Source of the DNA: a virus
Virus record (IMG/VR): IMGVR_UViG_3300030108_004965
Span: 32,001-96,000 of that record
Direction: 5' to 3' (one strand)
Length of the DNA: 64,000 bases
The position numbers and the translations under genes were made by a program. Under the pieces are notes generated by a model that worked only from the letters and a program-made list of their open reading frames with translations, was not told where the DNA came from and did not search any database. Of the stretch, positions 37,446 through 46,883 are shown piece by piece. Position 1 is the first letter of the stretch, and each line of letters opens with the position of its first letter.

Positions 37446-38652
37446 CGTACCACCAAGATCCTACGCCCCAATGGTACTTATTTGTACGTTTTTTTCTTCT
37501 AGAGCCTTTTTTAGGCCCGGGTTTCTTACCTTTTCTACGTTTCTTACGCTTTTTTTTCTCATCAATGTCGTAAACAAACCTAATTTTTATTTTTTTTTCT
37601 TTTTTTTTGTCATTTTCTTCCTCAAGAGCGCCACCGAAACCAACTGGAGCGCTTTTTGACCGAGGTAAACTCAAATTCTTCATACCAGAAGTCTTATATT
37701 TATTCAAACCAGTATCTACAATCTTTTTTTTCTGGTTGTTGTATCCTTTTCTGACCTGTTTTTGATACTTTTCCATTTCTAAAAGTAAATTTTCATCCTC
37801 AGAGATAAAATTTATTACATTTTTTAGATTTTGAGTTGCACCTTCTCTTGAAGACATCTTGTCTATTACTTGATCAAGAGTTCCACAAAAATAATCTTCA
37901 ACTTCCCACTGCAATTTTACAATTCCTTTGAGTTCTTCACAAGAATACGGTACCATTGCCAAGAAATAATGAACCAATTTGTCTTTTTTCTGCCAAACTG
38001 TGTCTTTGGAGCCAAGATATTCGACTCCCCTGACTTCTAGGGCGAGTTCTTCCTTCACTTCTCTCCAAAATGCATAGGGAGCCTCTTCTCCTTCCATCAA
38101 ATGACCACCGGGAGCATCCCACTCCAAGGAATCAGACCTTTGCGCTATGACAAAACGATTATCATTAGTCATTATTATACCCTTTGAGATTACTTCGATG
38201 TCTGAAAGCAGTTCATCGGGGTATTTTACTGTGATGTTGAAGTCTTTGTGAAGATTTCCATATGCTTTTATGGCTTCATGTTCCTTTGGATCATCATCCC
38301 AGTGCATTGAAGAACCCAATTCATAAAGTTTTTTTGCTTTTGTGTCTCCGTTTGTATAGAAAATACCATCAACATCTAATTTTAACTGATCCAACATAGT
38401 TCGAACAGACGATTCAGGGACTTCTAAGTCAACATTTCGAGAAGTTACAACAAAAACAGTGACTCCAGCTTCTTTAAACTTCTTTAATTTAGAAATAATT
38501 TTTTTATTCAAGCCACCAAACTGATATTGTATCTCAACATCATCATTACTGTTCTCAAAAGACTTTACAATTGTGTTATCGAAATCAAAAGTTACAACTT
38601 TTGCATTTTTATTCTCATTAAGTTTTTTCATTTTATTTATAAGGTCTTTCAT
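37390..38652 (-). CDS. HAD-like phosphatase + Nudix hydrolase fusion with basic/Gly-rich tail
   Basis: FDFDNT, VTSR, WDDD (HAD); GGHLMEGEEAPYAFWREVKEELAL (Nudix box); tail KKKRKKRR...GGGYGDSNDGGGDGGGGE. Confidence 0.85.
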   Translation of the reverse strand: MKDLINKMKKLNENKNAKVVTFDFDNTIVKSFENSNDDVEIQYQFGGLNKKIISKLKKFKEAGVTVFVVTSRNVDLEVPESSVRTMLDQLKLDVDGIFYTNGDTKAKKLYELGSSMHWDDDPKEHEAIKAYGNLHKDFNITVKYPDELLSDIEVISKGIIMTNDNRFVIAQRSDSLEWDAPGGHLMEGEEAPYAFWREVKEELALEVRGVEYLGSKDTVWQKKDKLVHYFLAMVPYSCEELKGIVKLQWEVEDYFCGTLDQVIDKMSSREGATQNLKNVINFISEDENLLLEMEKYQKQVRKGYNNQKKKIVDTGLNKYKTSGMKNLSLPRSKSAPVGFGGALEEENDKKKEKKIKIRFVYDIDEKKKRKKRRKGKKPGPKKGSRRKKRTNKYHWGVGSWWYGGGYGDSNDGGGDGGGGE

Positions 38653-38670
38653 TATGCTCTATCTTCCTAT

Positions 38671-38699
38671 ATTATAACACATTTTTGCTACTTTGTCAA
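38671..38699 (-). promoter_or_regulatory. consensus sigma70 promoter
   Basis: TTGACA-N17-TATAAT with TG extension. Confidence 0.8.
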
Positions 38700-38709
38700 C
38701 TATTATTAT

Positions 38710-39138
38710 CTAAATGTCCTCGTCTTCTTCCATTACGTTTTTTAATCCTTGATGCATTGATCTTTCAACGTGTCCTTCGTGCTCTTTTTCAGCACTGACA
38801 AAGCGAATACGAACGCCTCCCATAGTGCCGGAGGTTGAAAACAATTCATTTAGCTTAGAAATGTCTTCTTCTTTCTTGTTGAACTTTTCTATTTCATCTT
38901 TAGTACTGAAAGGAACTCCACCAGCACCCGAAATACCACCGACACCACTTATTTCATCTAGCTCTTCGACTTCTTTTAGTTCACCTTTGTCTCTCAGGAC
39001 GCTCGCAACGTAAGCATTACCTCTTTTTTCATCAAAACCTTTCTGGTTTTGGATACATTGTGATTTTGAATCAAAATCTTTTTCTTGAAAACAATCTTTT
39101 TTCTTTTCTTTTAAAATTCTAACTTTCATGGAACCCAC
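38710..39138 (-). CDS. hypothetical protein, probable virion protein
   Basis: ILKE, LKE, LDEISGVGG, LNELFSTSG motifs; CTATTTA upstream (39146-39152). Confidence 0.6.
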   Translation of the reverse strand: MGSMKVRILKEKKKDCFQEKDFDSKSQCIQNQKGFDEKRGNAYVASVLRDKGELKEVEELDEISGVGGISGAGGVPFSTKDEIEKFNKKEEDISKLNELFSTSGTMGGVRIRFVSAEKEHEGHVERSMHQGLKNVMEEDEDI

Positions 39139-39164
39139 CTCAACTTAAATAGTAAGGGCAAATG

Positions 39165-39683
39165 TTAATCTGGGATCCAAAATAATTCTCCACCTTGTTC
39201 ATGAATCGGGTGCATCATATGGCCTATCTTCTCTACGTGCCTCATGCCGAAAGCATGCCCTAGTTCATGCTCCAAAAGCCTAGGCATGTACTTATGTTCA
39301 TTGGGTAGTATGATTTGAGCAGAAACCATTTTGTTGAGAATAGTCAACCTAGAGGTTACAGCATATGTGTTGGGCAATAAATCACCTTCGCTACGAATTA
39401 AAATCATTCCTTGTGACCATTTATTGCTGCAAATTTTACCATTTTTGTCCCAATGTATGTATCCAATCTCGTATCCGCGTATGCCCCACCACTCAACAGC
39501 CTTGTGGACACGGTAGTTTGTCAATTGGCTATCTGGGCATACAATAACTATTGGTTTCTCTTCCCATTCTCCAATAATAAATCTACTTTCTTCCCAAGCT
39601 GTTTTTATTGCAACACCGATTGCAAACCCAAGAACACCAGATAAGAGAAGCCACCAAAAGTAATAACGCTTTAGCATCCCCAA
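39165..39683 (-). CDS. matrixin-like (metzincin) metalloprotease with N-terminal membrane anchor
   Basis: HELGHAFGMRH (HExxHxxGxxH) plus Met-turn HMMHP. Confidence 0.85.
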   Translation of the reverse strand: MGMLKRYYFWWLLLSGVLGFAIGVAIKTAWEESRFIIGEWEEKPIVIVCPDSQLTNYRVHKAVEWWGIRGYEIGYIHWDKNGKICSNKWSQGMILIRSEGDLLPNTYAVTSRLTILNKMVSAQIILPNEHKYMPRLLEHELGHAFGMRHVEKIGHMMHPIHEQGGELFWIPD

Positions 39684-41257
39684 ATACCATATTCGATAGT
39701 AATGGTCTGGCTTGGCTCTGGTACGTACCCATCCTCAAACACAACAGAGTTGTTGTTCGGATCATAGAACCAGCCTGTAGTCGTTAGTTGGCCATTAATT
39801 GAAACCTGAATCGAAGACTCAATAGGATCTGGCTCATCTAATGGGAATCTTGTGCGAATAGTTACAGTGTTTGCAAGATCTTGCATTTGATTACCCCAAT
39901 CAGTAGCACAAATAGAATACCACTCACCATTATAACGCTGAGTCATGTCCCAATATCCTTTACCAAATTGAATTGTGCGCAAAATTGATCCCCATTGAAA
40001 GCTGCAACCAGCAGGATAATCGCCAATCACAGCAAATTGTCGAACCATGTCAACGTTTGGTTTTAAAACATCAAAAAAGCCAGTATAAGCATTCCAAGAT
40101 CCAATACTGTGATCTGGTTCGTCTGAGACATAAATAATAACTGCCGTTGCATCATCTCTCCAGAATGCTGTCCCCGGTGCTCCACCATTAGCATAGTCAG
40201 TATTTTCAAAAAATTGTTTCGCAGTCATAATTCCCATTTCATGGGCTGATCCTGAAATGCCTATTTGCGCTATTACTCCTTGGGCCCAATCGACAGGGTT
40301 TAAGGAATTAATATTGATAAAACAAATAGAACCAGTGCATTGTAGTCCCCATCGATCTGTTGTTATGAACCCTAAGTGAAAATCAGCACCCGAGGCCAAA
40401 AAGACATTCATAAAAGCAGTCATTTGGTTTGATAGTTCTCCTTGAAAAACACCCATAGAACCGGAATTATCAATGACAAATACGATGTCTAAAATAGGTA
40501 TTTCTTCTTGAATGTGCTCTTGTGTTATAATTTGTTCAAAAACTCCTTTTCCAAATTGATTCAGTTCTTCTTCTGCGTTTTGAGGATCATCTCCGCGAAC
40601 TATTATTGAACTCTCATCATCACCAGCGTCACTTGGTATGTAAGAAACAAGAAAATCTATTTCTTGATTTGGATCGAGAACCCATGGCGGAGGAGGTAAA
40701 GAGCCGAACTCCATAATGATATCAACAGGTTGCGTCACCATCTGAACTATCTCATGAATTGTGAGGGGTAAATTCCCATCATTTCTGATTGTTATTCTTT
40801 CCTCATTATCGCAACCCATTGAAATCGTTCCATAATCGAATTCTGAGGGGCCGACAGTCATTACAGGGGCATCACCCTTGCCAATTAAAAGAACTTCAAT
40901 TAAAGGGCTCTCATCGTCGTTAGAAAGCACTTCTATGAGGCCACCATTACTCTCAAATGTTTGAGGCTCATAATACACATCGATTTGAATTCCTTCTCCG
41001 GGCTGTAATTCCCAGCGATCTGATTCATCATGATCTACTGTAAACCTTGAGTTTCCTGCAATAAGATTCAAGGGATCAAGTAATAATACTTCATCCCCTG
41101 CATTTACAATAGTTAATTCCTCAACACCAGTTTCTTCTCCCGATCTTATGTTACCAAAATTAATAACTTCTGGTAAAACCACAATTTCAGGCTCTGGATT
41201 GTGTATTTTATTTAATGCTATGTCTTGACAAGCAAATAAAACTCCTAATAACAACAT
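39671..41257 (-). CDS. lipoprotein: two Ig-like (choice-of-anchor D/ASH) domains + vWA domain
   Basis: lipobox MLLLGVLFA-C; two FG.I...I.N.G..L.....L.PG/N.....V.Y.P repeats; VIDNSGSM MIDAS, SDE. Confidence 0.8.
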   Translation of the reverse strand: MLLLGVLFACQDIALNKIHNPEPEIVVLPEVINFGNIRSGEETGVEELTIVNAGDEVLLLDPLNLIAGNSRFTVDHDESDRWELQPGEGIQIDVYYEPQTFESNGGLIEVLSNDDESPLIEVLLIGKGDAPVMTVGPSEFDYGTISMGCDNEERITIRNDGNLPLTIHEIVQMVTQPVDIIMEFGSLPPPPWVLDPNQEIDFLVSYIPSDAGDDESSIIVRGDDPQNAEEELNQFGKGVFEQIITQEHIQEEIPILDIVFVIDNSGSMGVFQGELSNQMTAFMNVFLASGADFHLGFITTDRWGLQCTGSICFININSLNPVDWAQGVIAQIGISGSAHEMGIMTAKQFFENTDYANGGAPGTAFWRDDATAVIIYVSDEPDHSIGSWNAYTGFFDVLKPNVDMVRQFAVIGDYPAGCSFQWGSILRTIQFGKGYWDMTQRYNGEWYSICATDWGNQMQDLANTVTIRTRFPLDEPDPIESSIQVSINGQLTTTGWFYDPNNNSVVFEDGYVPEPSQTITIEYGIWGC

Positions 41258-41280
41258 TCATAAGTCCTCCCTGTCTAAAG

Positions 41281-41287
41281 TAAATAG
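41281..41287 (-). promoter_or_regulatory. candidate late-promoter motif CTATTTA
   Basis: intergenic, 24 nt upstream of lipoprotein start. Confidence 0.45.
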
Positions 41288-41314
41288 AGGGCGAATCAAT
41301 CATTTGGAAGATTT

Positions 41315-44300
41315 TTAATATTTCTCTATGTCCATAAATACTTTGGGTGCCCCATCATACCAATCAGCGCCGATGTGAATTTCCCTCTTAAGTGGTCGAT
41401 AAAAGTCCCTTAATGCATCTTGTAATTTTATAGCGGCTTGCTTTGAGTCCACTTCGAACACATATTCATCTTGAAGAACCTGAAAGTCCCTAGGAATGTC
41501 CTCAGCACTAAAAACGTCGTGCTTGCCTTCTATAAAAATCTCTAGTTCATTTGCAGCCATCATATAGATTCCATAAATTATACTTTCTGGGTTTTCAAAT
41601 TCTAGCATCAAATCGTGATACGGCTCATTTTTATTTTTTGAATACTCATCACCTAGAACTTCCATAATCATCGAGGTCAAATAGTTTCTATCAAGTTTTA
41701 TTTTCCCTTCATTGGCCTTCTTTTTTCCCTCAACAGCCAAATAAACCAACAGCGCTTGACTCGGTAGGTCTCTTAATGTTCCCTCCAATAGTTGTTCGAA
41801 TCTCATTGCTAACAAATGACCTTTGCTTTCACTCCAAGAGCGAACATCAATCTCGAAAGACACCCTCATCCTCATCTTATAGTTACCCATTCCTCCTAAT
41901 CTTAGTCTAGGATTGGAAATTTTACTGTATTTTATGTCAAGGCGAGTTGGTCTAGTTATTCTTTCTGGTATTGCATTATAAAGAAGTTGCTTGAACCCTT
42001 GGGACTCACCAAATTCCCTTGCTTCTCTAAAGATATCCGGATTTGCCTTTCTCCATTCTTCTGCTTTATCTGTTTCTTTTGTTTGTAAAATCACTTGGAG
42101 GTTTAAGGTAATTATAGCCACTGCTCCGGGCTTATCAACAGGCCCCGTCATTCCGCTATATGACAGAGAGGCTCTAAAAACATTTGTCTGGTTATTAATT
42201 GGGGCATTAGTTTCAATCTTCTCAGTGTAATACCCATCTCTGATTTGTTCTTTCATTGCCTCCCAAGACTCAATAGCCGGTCTTGGCTTGGTTCTCGCGC
42301 CAATACCTTGAATGAAAGCATCAATCCTTTTATCTAAATCTTTTTCGTCGTCCTCTTCTCCGTACATATGCTGAAAGGCATCTTTATCCAGTTCTGGATT
42401 CCCAGTAGCATTAAAAAACTCTGTTATGGAAGGCCAATATTTTTCTTTCGGCAGAGTGTTTGCTTTTCCGAGGACTTGAAGAATTTTATTCTCATCTTTA
42501 TTGTATTCAAGGGTTACATGATATCTCATTTTCCCCCCTTCACTAGTTGACATAAGATTGTATAAAGTGTTTCCGATCCCAGATGCAGAACCACAATTAG
42601 ACATTTCTGCTTGAGTTATTTCACAATAGTCTGTCTCGGTGCTATGCCAGAACATTCCATCATCTAGTCTCAAGAAAACACAAGGTTGACCAGCCTCCAC
42701 ATCACCACAATCTTTAAAATATTCTTCATTATAATCTACACTGAAGCCTCTTAGCCCTTCAATATATTCATCTAGGGGCAAATCTTTATTTGTATCCAGC
42801 CAATCATTAAGTTTTTGAGCAGCATCTTTACCAGTGCCTCTTATGCTTTTTGCATAACGAAATAAATAACCCACATCTTTTTGAAAAGTCTCAAAGACTT
42901 CTATTGCGTTATCTTGAAATTCACGTTCAACTCGATCAATTATGCCCTTAACAACCAGTTCTACCCGTTTGAACCCAACAGTATTATTTTTGTTCCATTT
43001 TACCAATTGTTTTTTTATTGATTTTAGTGTTTTATTTAAATATCTCATTAGTGGCATGTTGCTATTTGGATTAGCCTCGGCAATTTGACGAGATTGAAAC
43101 GAAACCTCTTTTCTCCTCGCCCTTCCAAAATAAAAAGGATCTCTTGCCAAAGACTTCACCTTTACATACAGATCGAGAAATTTTTGTTCTTCTTTTATTT
43201 TTGTTTCAAAATCAGCAATCTGCTCATCCTTTTCTTCTTGTGGAAAATCAATGAGAGGTGCTTCTTTTATACCTTCGATATACTTTTTGTAAGTTGCGAT
43301 CTTATTCTCATGAAGCCTTTCGCCACTTTCGGATAGGTCTATACTATAAATCCCAGCAGAGGTGATAAAGCGAACGGGTCTAATTCTTGAAATGTTTGCT
43401 GTCCTCAAGAAAACCTTAGAAAAAGCTTCTTGAAATGGCTCTTTCACGGAACCTTTTATCGAGTTGGTAAGGATTTTAAGTTCCGGAGGCCATTGATCCT
43501 CCCATCCTTCTTGCAGGACCTCATCGCCCCGCGATTCGCGCCCAAAATTTTCCTCATTTAACTCATTGAATTGGTCATAATTCGCCAAAATATTTTGAAA
43601 AACAAGTAGCGCAACCTGTCGGTACATTTCATAATAAATCGTACTATTATAGCGCCCTTTAATACTATCCCACTTTCCGAGTTCAGTAAAAGGTAATCCA
43701 ATTTTATCATCGTTCAACCACCTTTTGAGTTTATCTCCTAACTCAGGACGTGTAAGAGCATAGTCTAATATGGCAACAGTGCCTTTGTCAGAGATTGCAA
43801 AAGTAAGTCCGTGGTCATAGGAGTTACCCTCATCATTGACAATTCTTTGGAGTAATTCTTTATCCATTTCTAAATCATCAGCAAACTCAAATGCTTGCTT
43901 CACGTTACCGGAGGAAACTAGTCCAAACAATTTTTCCATAATACCTTCATCTTCACTCTCTTCTTCCCTAAGCACCTCGTTGATCATTTTATAAAGATAG
44001 TTACGGTCAATCTTTTCGTTGATATCACCAGATTCAGACCATCCAGTAAATTTTTTGATTTGCTCGGGGACTTCTTCTTTAGATAGGTTTCCGCCCATTG
44101 GAATGTAAGTGCCACGATCACTAGCAATCTCCATTGTAATTTTTCCGGGAGAAAGGGATTCAATAGTTGGAATCTCACCAGAACCATCGTCAGGGTTCAT
44201 AAATATCCATGGGTCGGATGGGTGATCGACATTGTTCCCTTCAAACCAAAATGTAAAAATCAATTTTTTATTCCGAGGCAAAGGAACACTTAATCTAGTA

Positions 44301-45766
44301 TCCCCATTGTCACTGTTAAATACAAACTCTTGGTCTCTTGGGGGAGTAACACCAAAAACTTCCGTAAATTCGTTGTGTAAATCGTAACCTATTTCGATAA
44401 GTTCTTTGCCCGGTTCATCGGCGTTATAAATAATGTTTTTTGCTACGATGTTACGCAATTCATCTATTTGTCCATCTGTTAGATCGAAGTATTCGTGCAT
44501 TTCCCACGCTTGCATTGCATTGCCCTCACCTTCTTGTTGGGCAAGATCCATTAGTTTTTGGAATTCTTCGTTGGACTCGTTTTCTTTCAAGGGATTTTTT
44601 CCTCTGCGAATGTCCCACGACGCATATGGCCTTGCGGGAGCATTAGCGTAAGGTAGTTGACCATCACTTGGAGGTTCGGTAAGTTGAGCGGAGAACATTA
44701 ATTGAAAAGCGAATGCATATCCCTCACGCCATTTTTCGTTTGGGTGGTTTTCTGTCGCTTTCTGGATGTAAGCCCGTAATCCTTTGGCGGATTGCTTTTC
44801 TCCTTTTCGAGCAAGCCGTTTTGCATCGCGATTCCCCTGTATGTGACCCCTAACCCAAGGAGAAGGTGTATTATTACGAGATTCTTCCAAACCAATGGCG
44901 CTGAATACACCACGTCGAAAATTGGATTTTAAATATTTGTTTGGGTTTTTAAGAAACCGTCGTTGCTGGGAGTGTTTAAGGATCTTGTCAACAAAACTAA
45001 GCAATTTTATTTTATCGGCTATCAATTGAACATCTTCTTCTTTGTTACCAGAAAAACTCCATACCTGACTGTTTACCCATTCATCGAACTCTGGCAGGGG
45101 TGGTGGTGGCTTTTCGCGATCTTTGATTATTTGACTCTCACTGGATTTGAAATATAATTTTGGTAGTTGCATGTCTGCTTCAAGATTTAGGATAAGCCTA
45201 ACGTCATTTGTCAAACTGCTTCTGGATTCACGCGATCTGTAATCCATAAAAAGTCTGGGAGCGATTGACACTCCGGCAGCGGTATTGTCATCTTCCATGT
45301 TGCCTTCCCAAGCAATAACATCGTATTTTCTCTGCGCGTTCCGAACCACGGGATCCGTAACAATGCTTTTCATAAATGTTACGACGTCGCTGTCTGTAGG
45401 TTGTGCTACGTAGCCGGTTTCGTCAGCTTCCGGTTCCGGTTGCACACCAATTAATTCGCCCTCTTCATCGTAACCTCTTTGTCCAATGTTGTATGCTCTC
45501 ACTGGATCTATGTCACTTCTTGCTCTTACGTAACTAGCAAGGAATCCATCTGGGGTGTTTGCTATTGCTTGTAATAGTTCATCTGCCTGTTGAATGTTAT
45601 CTGGGTCGCCTGTATTCAACAAATTATTAATAAATTCAAAATCGTCTTCATCAACCCCTGTTAATTTAATCCCTAGTCTGTTAGCCCATTCTTCAATTGA
45701 ACTGGGAATGTATCGGTCGAACGCCTCTTGTACCATTTCCATTAAGAGTTTCGATGTTACTTTCAT
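41315..45766 (-). CDS. 1483-aa multidomain protein with PcfJ-like domain, probable virion protein
   Basis: three K(I/V)xxxxLxxM(I/V)xE motifs; EMSNCG...LYNL...HVTLE...ILQVLGKAN..P PcfJ-like segment. Confidence 0.65.
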   Translation of the reverse strand: MKVTSKLLMEMVQEAFDRYIPSSIEEWANRLGIKLTGVDEDDFEFINNLLNTGDPDNIQQADELLQAIANTPDGFLASYVRARSDIDPVRAYNIGQRGYDEEGELIGVQPEPEADETGYVAQPTDSDVVTFMKSIVTDPVVRNAQRKYDVIAWEGNMEDDNTAAGVSIAPRLFMDYRSRESRSSLTNDVRLILNLEADMQLPKLYFKSSESQIIKDREKPPPPLPEFDEWVNSQVWSFSGNKEEDVQLIADKIKLLSFVDKILKHSQQRRFLKNPNKYLKSNFRRGVFSAIGLEESRNNTPSPWVRGHIQGNRDAKRLARKGEKQSAKGLRAYIQKATENHPNEKWREGYAFAFQLMFSAQLTEPPSDGQLPYANAPARPYASWDIRRGKNPLKENESNEEFQKLMDLAQQEGEGNAMQAWEMHEYFDLTDGQIDELRNIVAKNIIYNADEPGKELIEIGYDLHNEFTEVFGVTPPRDQEFVFNSDNGDTRLSVPLPRNKKLIFTFWFEGNNVDHPSDPWIFMNPDDGSGEIPTIESLSPGKITMEIASDRGTYIPMGGNLSKEEVPEQIKKFTGWSESGDINEKIDRNYLYKMINEVLREEESEDEGIMEKLFGLVSSGNVKQAFEFADDLEMDKELLQRIVNDEGNSYDHGLTFAISDKGTVAILDYALTRPELGDKLKRWLNDDKIGLPFTELGKWDSIKGRYNSTIYYEMYRQVALLVFQNILANYDQFNELNEENFGRESRGDEVLQEGWEDQWPPELKILTNSIKGSVKEPFQEAFSKVFLRTANISRIRPVRFITSAGIYSIDLSESGERLHENKIATYKKYIEGIKEAPLIDFPQEEKDEQIADFETKIKEEQKFLDLYVKVKSLARDPFYFGRARRKEVSFQSRQIAEANPNSNMPLMRYLNKTLKSIKKQLVKWNKNNTVGFKRVELVVKGIIDRVEREFQDNAIEVFETFQKDVGYLFRYAKSIRGTGKDAAQKLNDWLDTNKDLPLDEYIEGLRGFSVDYNEEYFKDCGDVEAGQPCVFLRLDDGMFWHSTETDYCEITQAEMSNCGSASGIGNTLYNLMSTSEGGKMRYHVTLEYNKDENKILQVLGKANTLPKEKYWPSITEFFNATGNPELDKDAFQHMYGEEDDEKDLDKRIDAFIQGIGARTKPRPAIESWEAMKEQIRDGYYTEKIETNAPINNQTNVFRASLSYSGMTGPVDKPGAVAIITLNLQVILQTKETDKAEEWRKANPDIFREAREFGESQGFKQLLYNAIPERITRPTRLDIKYSKISNPRLRLGGMGNYKMRMRVSFEIDVRSWSESKGHLLAMRFEQLLEGTLRDLPSQALLVYLAVEGKKKANEGKIKLDRNYLTSMIMEVLGDEYSKNKNEPYHDLMLEFENPESIIYGIYMMAANELEIFIEGKHDVFSAEDIPRDFQVLQDEYVFEVDSKQAAIKLQDALRDFYRPLKREIHIGADWYDGAPKVFMDIEKY

Positions 45767-45809
45767 ATTAAAATCTCCAAAATTTTTTTTGAGAATATTT
45801 TCGTCACTC

Positions 45810-45816
45810 TAAATAG
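45810..45816 (-). promoter_or_regulatory. candidate late-promoter motif CTATTTA
   Basis: intergenic, upstream of the 1483-aa gene. Confidence 0.45.
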
Positions 45817-45988
45817 TGCCTCAGTGATCTAATTTGGGGAAATTTGAAATCTGGGAAATTTTGTGGGGAGTATTTATGTATCTCGCTTCGCTCGTTGCGC
45901 AAATGGCAACATGAAGAACTTATTTCGACCTCTCCATGACCTCCACCACTAGGGGGGAGGGGGGAGCATGTGCGCACAAACGCAAAGC

Positions 45989-46017
45989 AAAAAAAAACCT
46001 GCTCAAAAATGAACAGG
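45989..46017 (-). terminator. intrinsic terminator
   Basis: CCUGUUC-loop-GAGCAGG followed by a U-tract, 20 nt after stop at 46038. Confidence 0.75.
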
Positions 46018-46037
46018 CTTCTCTACACACTCGATGC

Positions 46038-46634
46038 TTACGCAGGATTAGAAGGTATCCACATATCTCCGAACGCTTCATTCATTTCAGCAACCAGCCA
46101 ATCTGGCTTAGTGGGATCTTCGAGAGTGCCGACACGAGAAGCAGGCTTCTGATAAGGTCGAGGAGCCGGGGCTTTACCACGCTTACGCTCAGACTTAGGA
46201 CGCTCGGTGAGATAGGTATCGAACTCCCAGCCTACATCCTCGGCACCATCGATAGCAACGAGCATCTCGTTAACACCGCGAGTACGGGAGATGATGGACT
46301 CTTGCATCTGCTTGACCAGCGGACGGGCTTCATAGAGAGCGTCCAGAGGGTCGGCAGAACGGGCATCCAAACCATCAATCATTGCAAGCGCGGTGTTCTC
46401 GGAAGCCTCGGCAACACGGGACATCCAAGCCTCACGGGAGATAGTGCCGGAGGAGAGGACAACATCGGTAGCCTCGGAGAAGTCGGTAACACGGACACGA
46501 ACGCGCTCACCTACACGACCGACAACATCGCAGAAGCCGATGGAAGGGTGATAAGCAAGAGTACCAATGGCCGGAATGCGCGAGCCTCTGGGGGTTGTAA
46601 CGAAAGAAGGAGAGTTGTTAGTTGAGTTAGGCAT
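46038..46634 (-). CDS. hypothetical protein
   Basis: start MPNST after GGAGG; own promoter. Confidence 0.75.
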   Translation of the reverse strand: MPNSTNNSPSFVTTPRGSRIPAIGTLAYHPSIGFCDVVGRVGERVRVRVTDFSEATDVVLSSGTISREAWMSRVAEASENTALAMIDGLDARSADPLDALYEARPLVKQMQESIISRTRGVNEMLVAIDGAEDVGWEFDTYLTERPKSERKRGKAPAPRPYQKPASRVGTLEDPTKPDWLVAEMNEAFGDMWIPSNPA

Positions 46635-46684
46635 GAAGCCTCCTATGGAAAAGGGTAGAGAACCATTCCCGACCCTGTACATAT

Positions 46685-46748
46685 AATGTATCATATTAGA
46701 ATAAAGATTGCAAGGAAAAAATAAAAGAGTTGAGGACATAAAATGTCC
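46685..46748 (-). promoter_or_regulatory. class A promoter + GGACA-N5-TGTCC palindrome
   Basis: TTGCAA-N17-TACATT (TGA-TACATT); palindrome 46734-46748. Confidence 0.75.
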
Positions 46749-46760
46749 TATTTGTATGGT

Positions 46761-46871
46761 CTAAGTCTCATCATTGTAGAACTCCATGAGATGGTAGGCT
46801 TCACAAATAAGGAAGCCTAACAGGGTTGAAAGGAAAAAAACGATAGTAACATCAAAAGGGGTAATAATCAT
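46761..46871 (-). CDS. 36-aa hydrophobic micropeptide (not in track)
   Basis: GGAGG RBS; MIITPFDVTIVFFLSTLLGFLICEAYHLMEFYNDET*. Confidence 0.6.
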   Translation of the reverse strand: MIITPFDVTIVFFLSTLLGFLICEAYHLMEFYNDET

Positions 46872-46883
46872 GTAACCTCCAGA

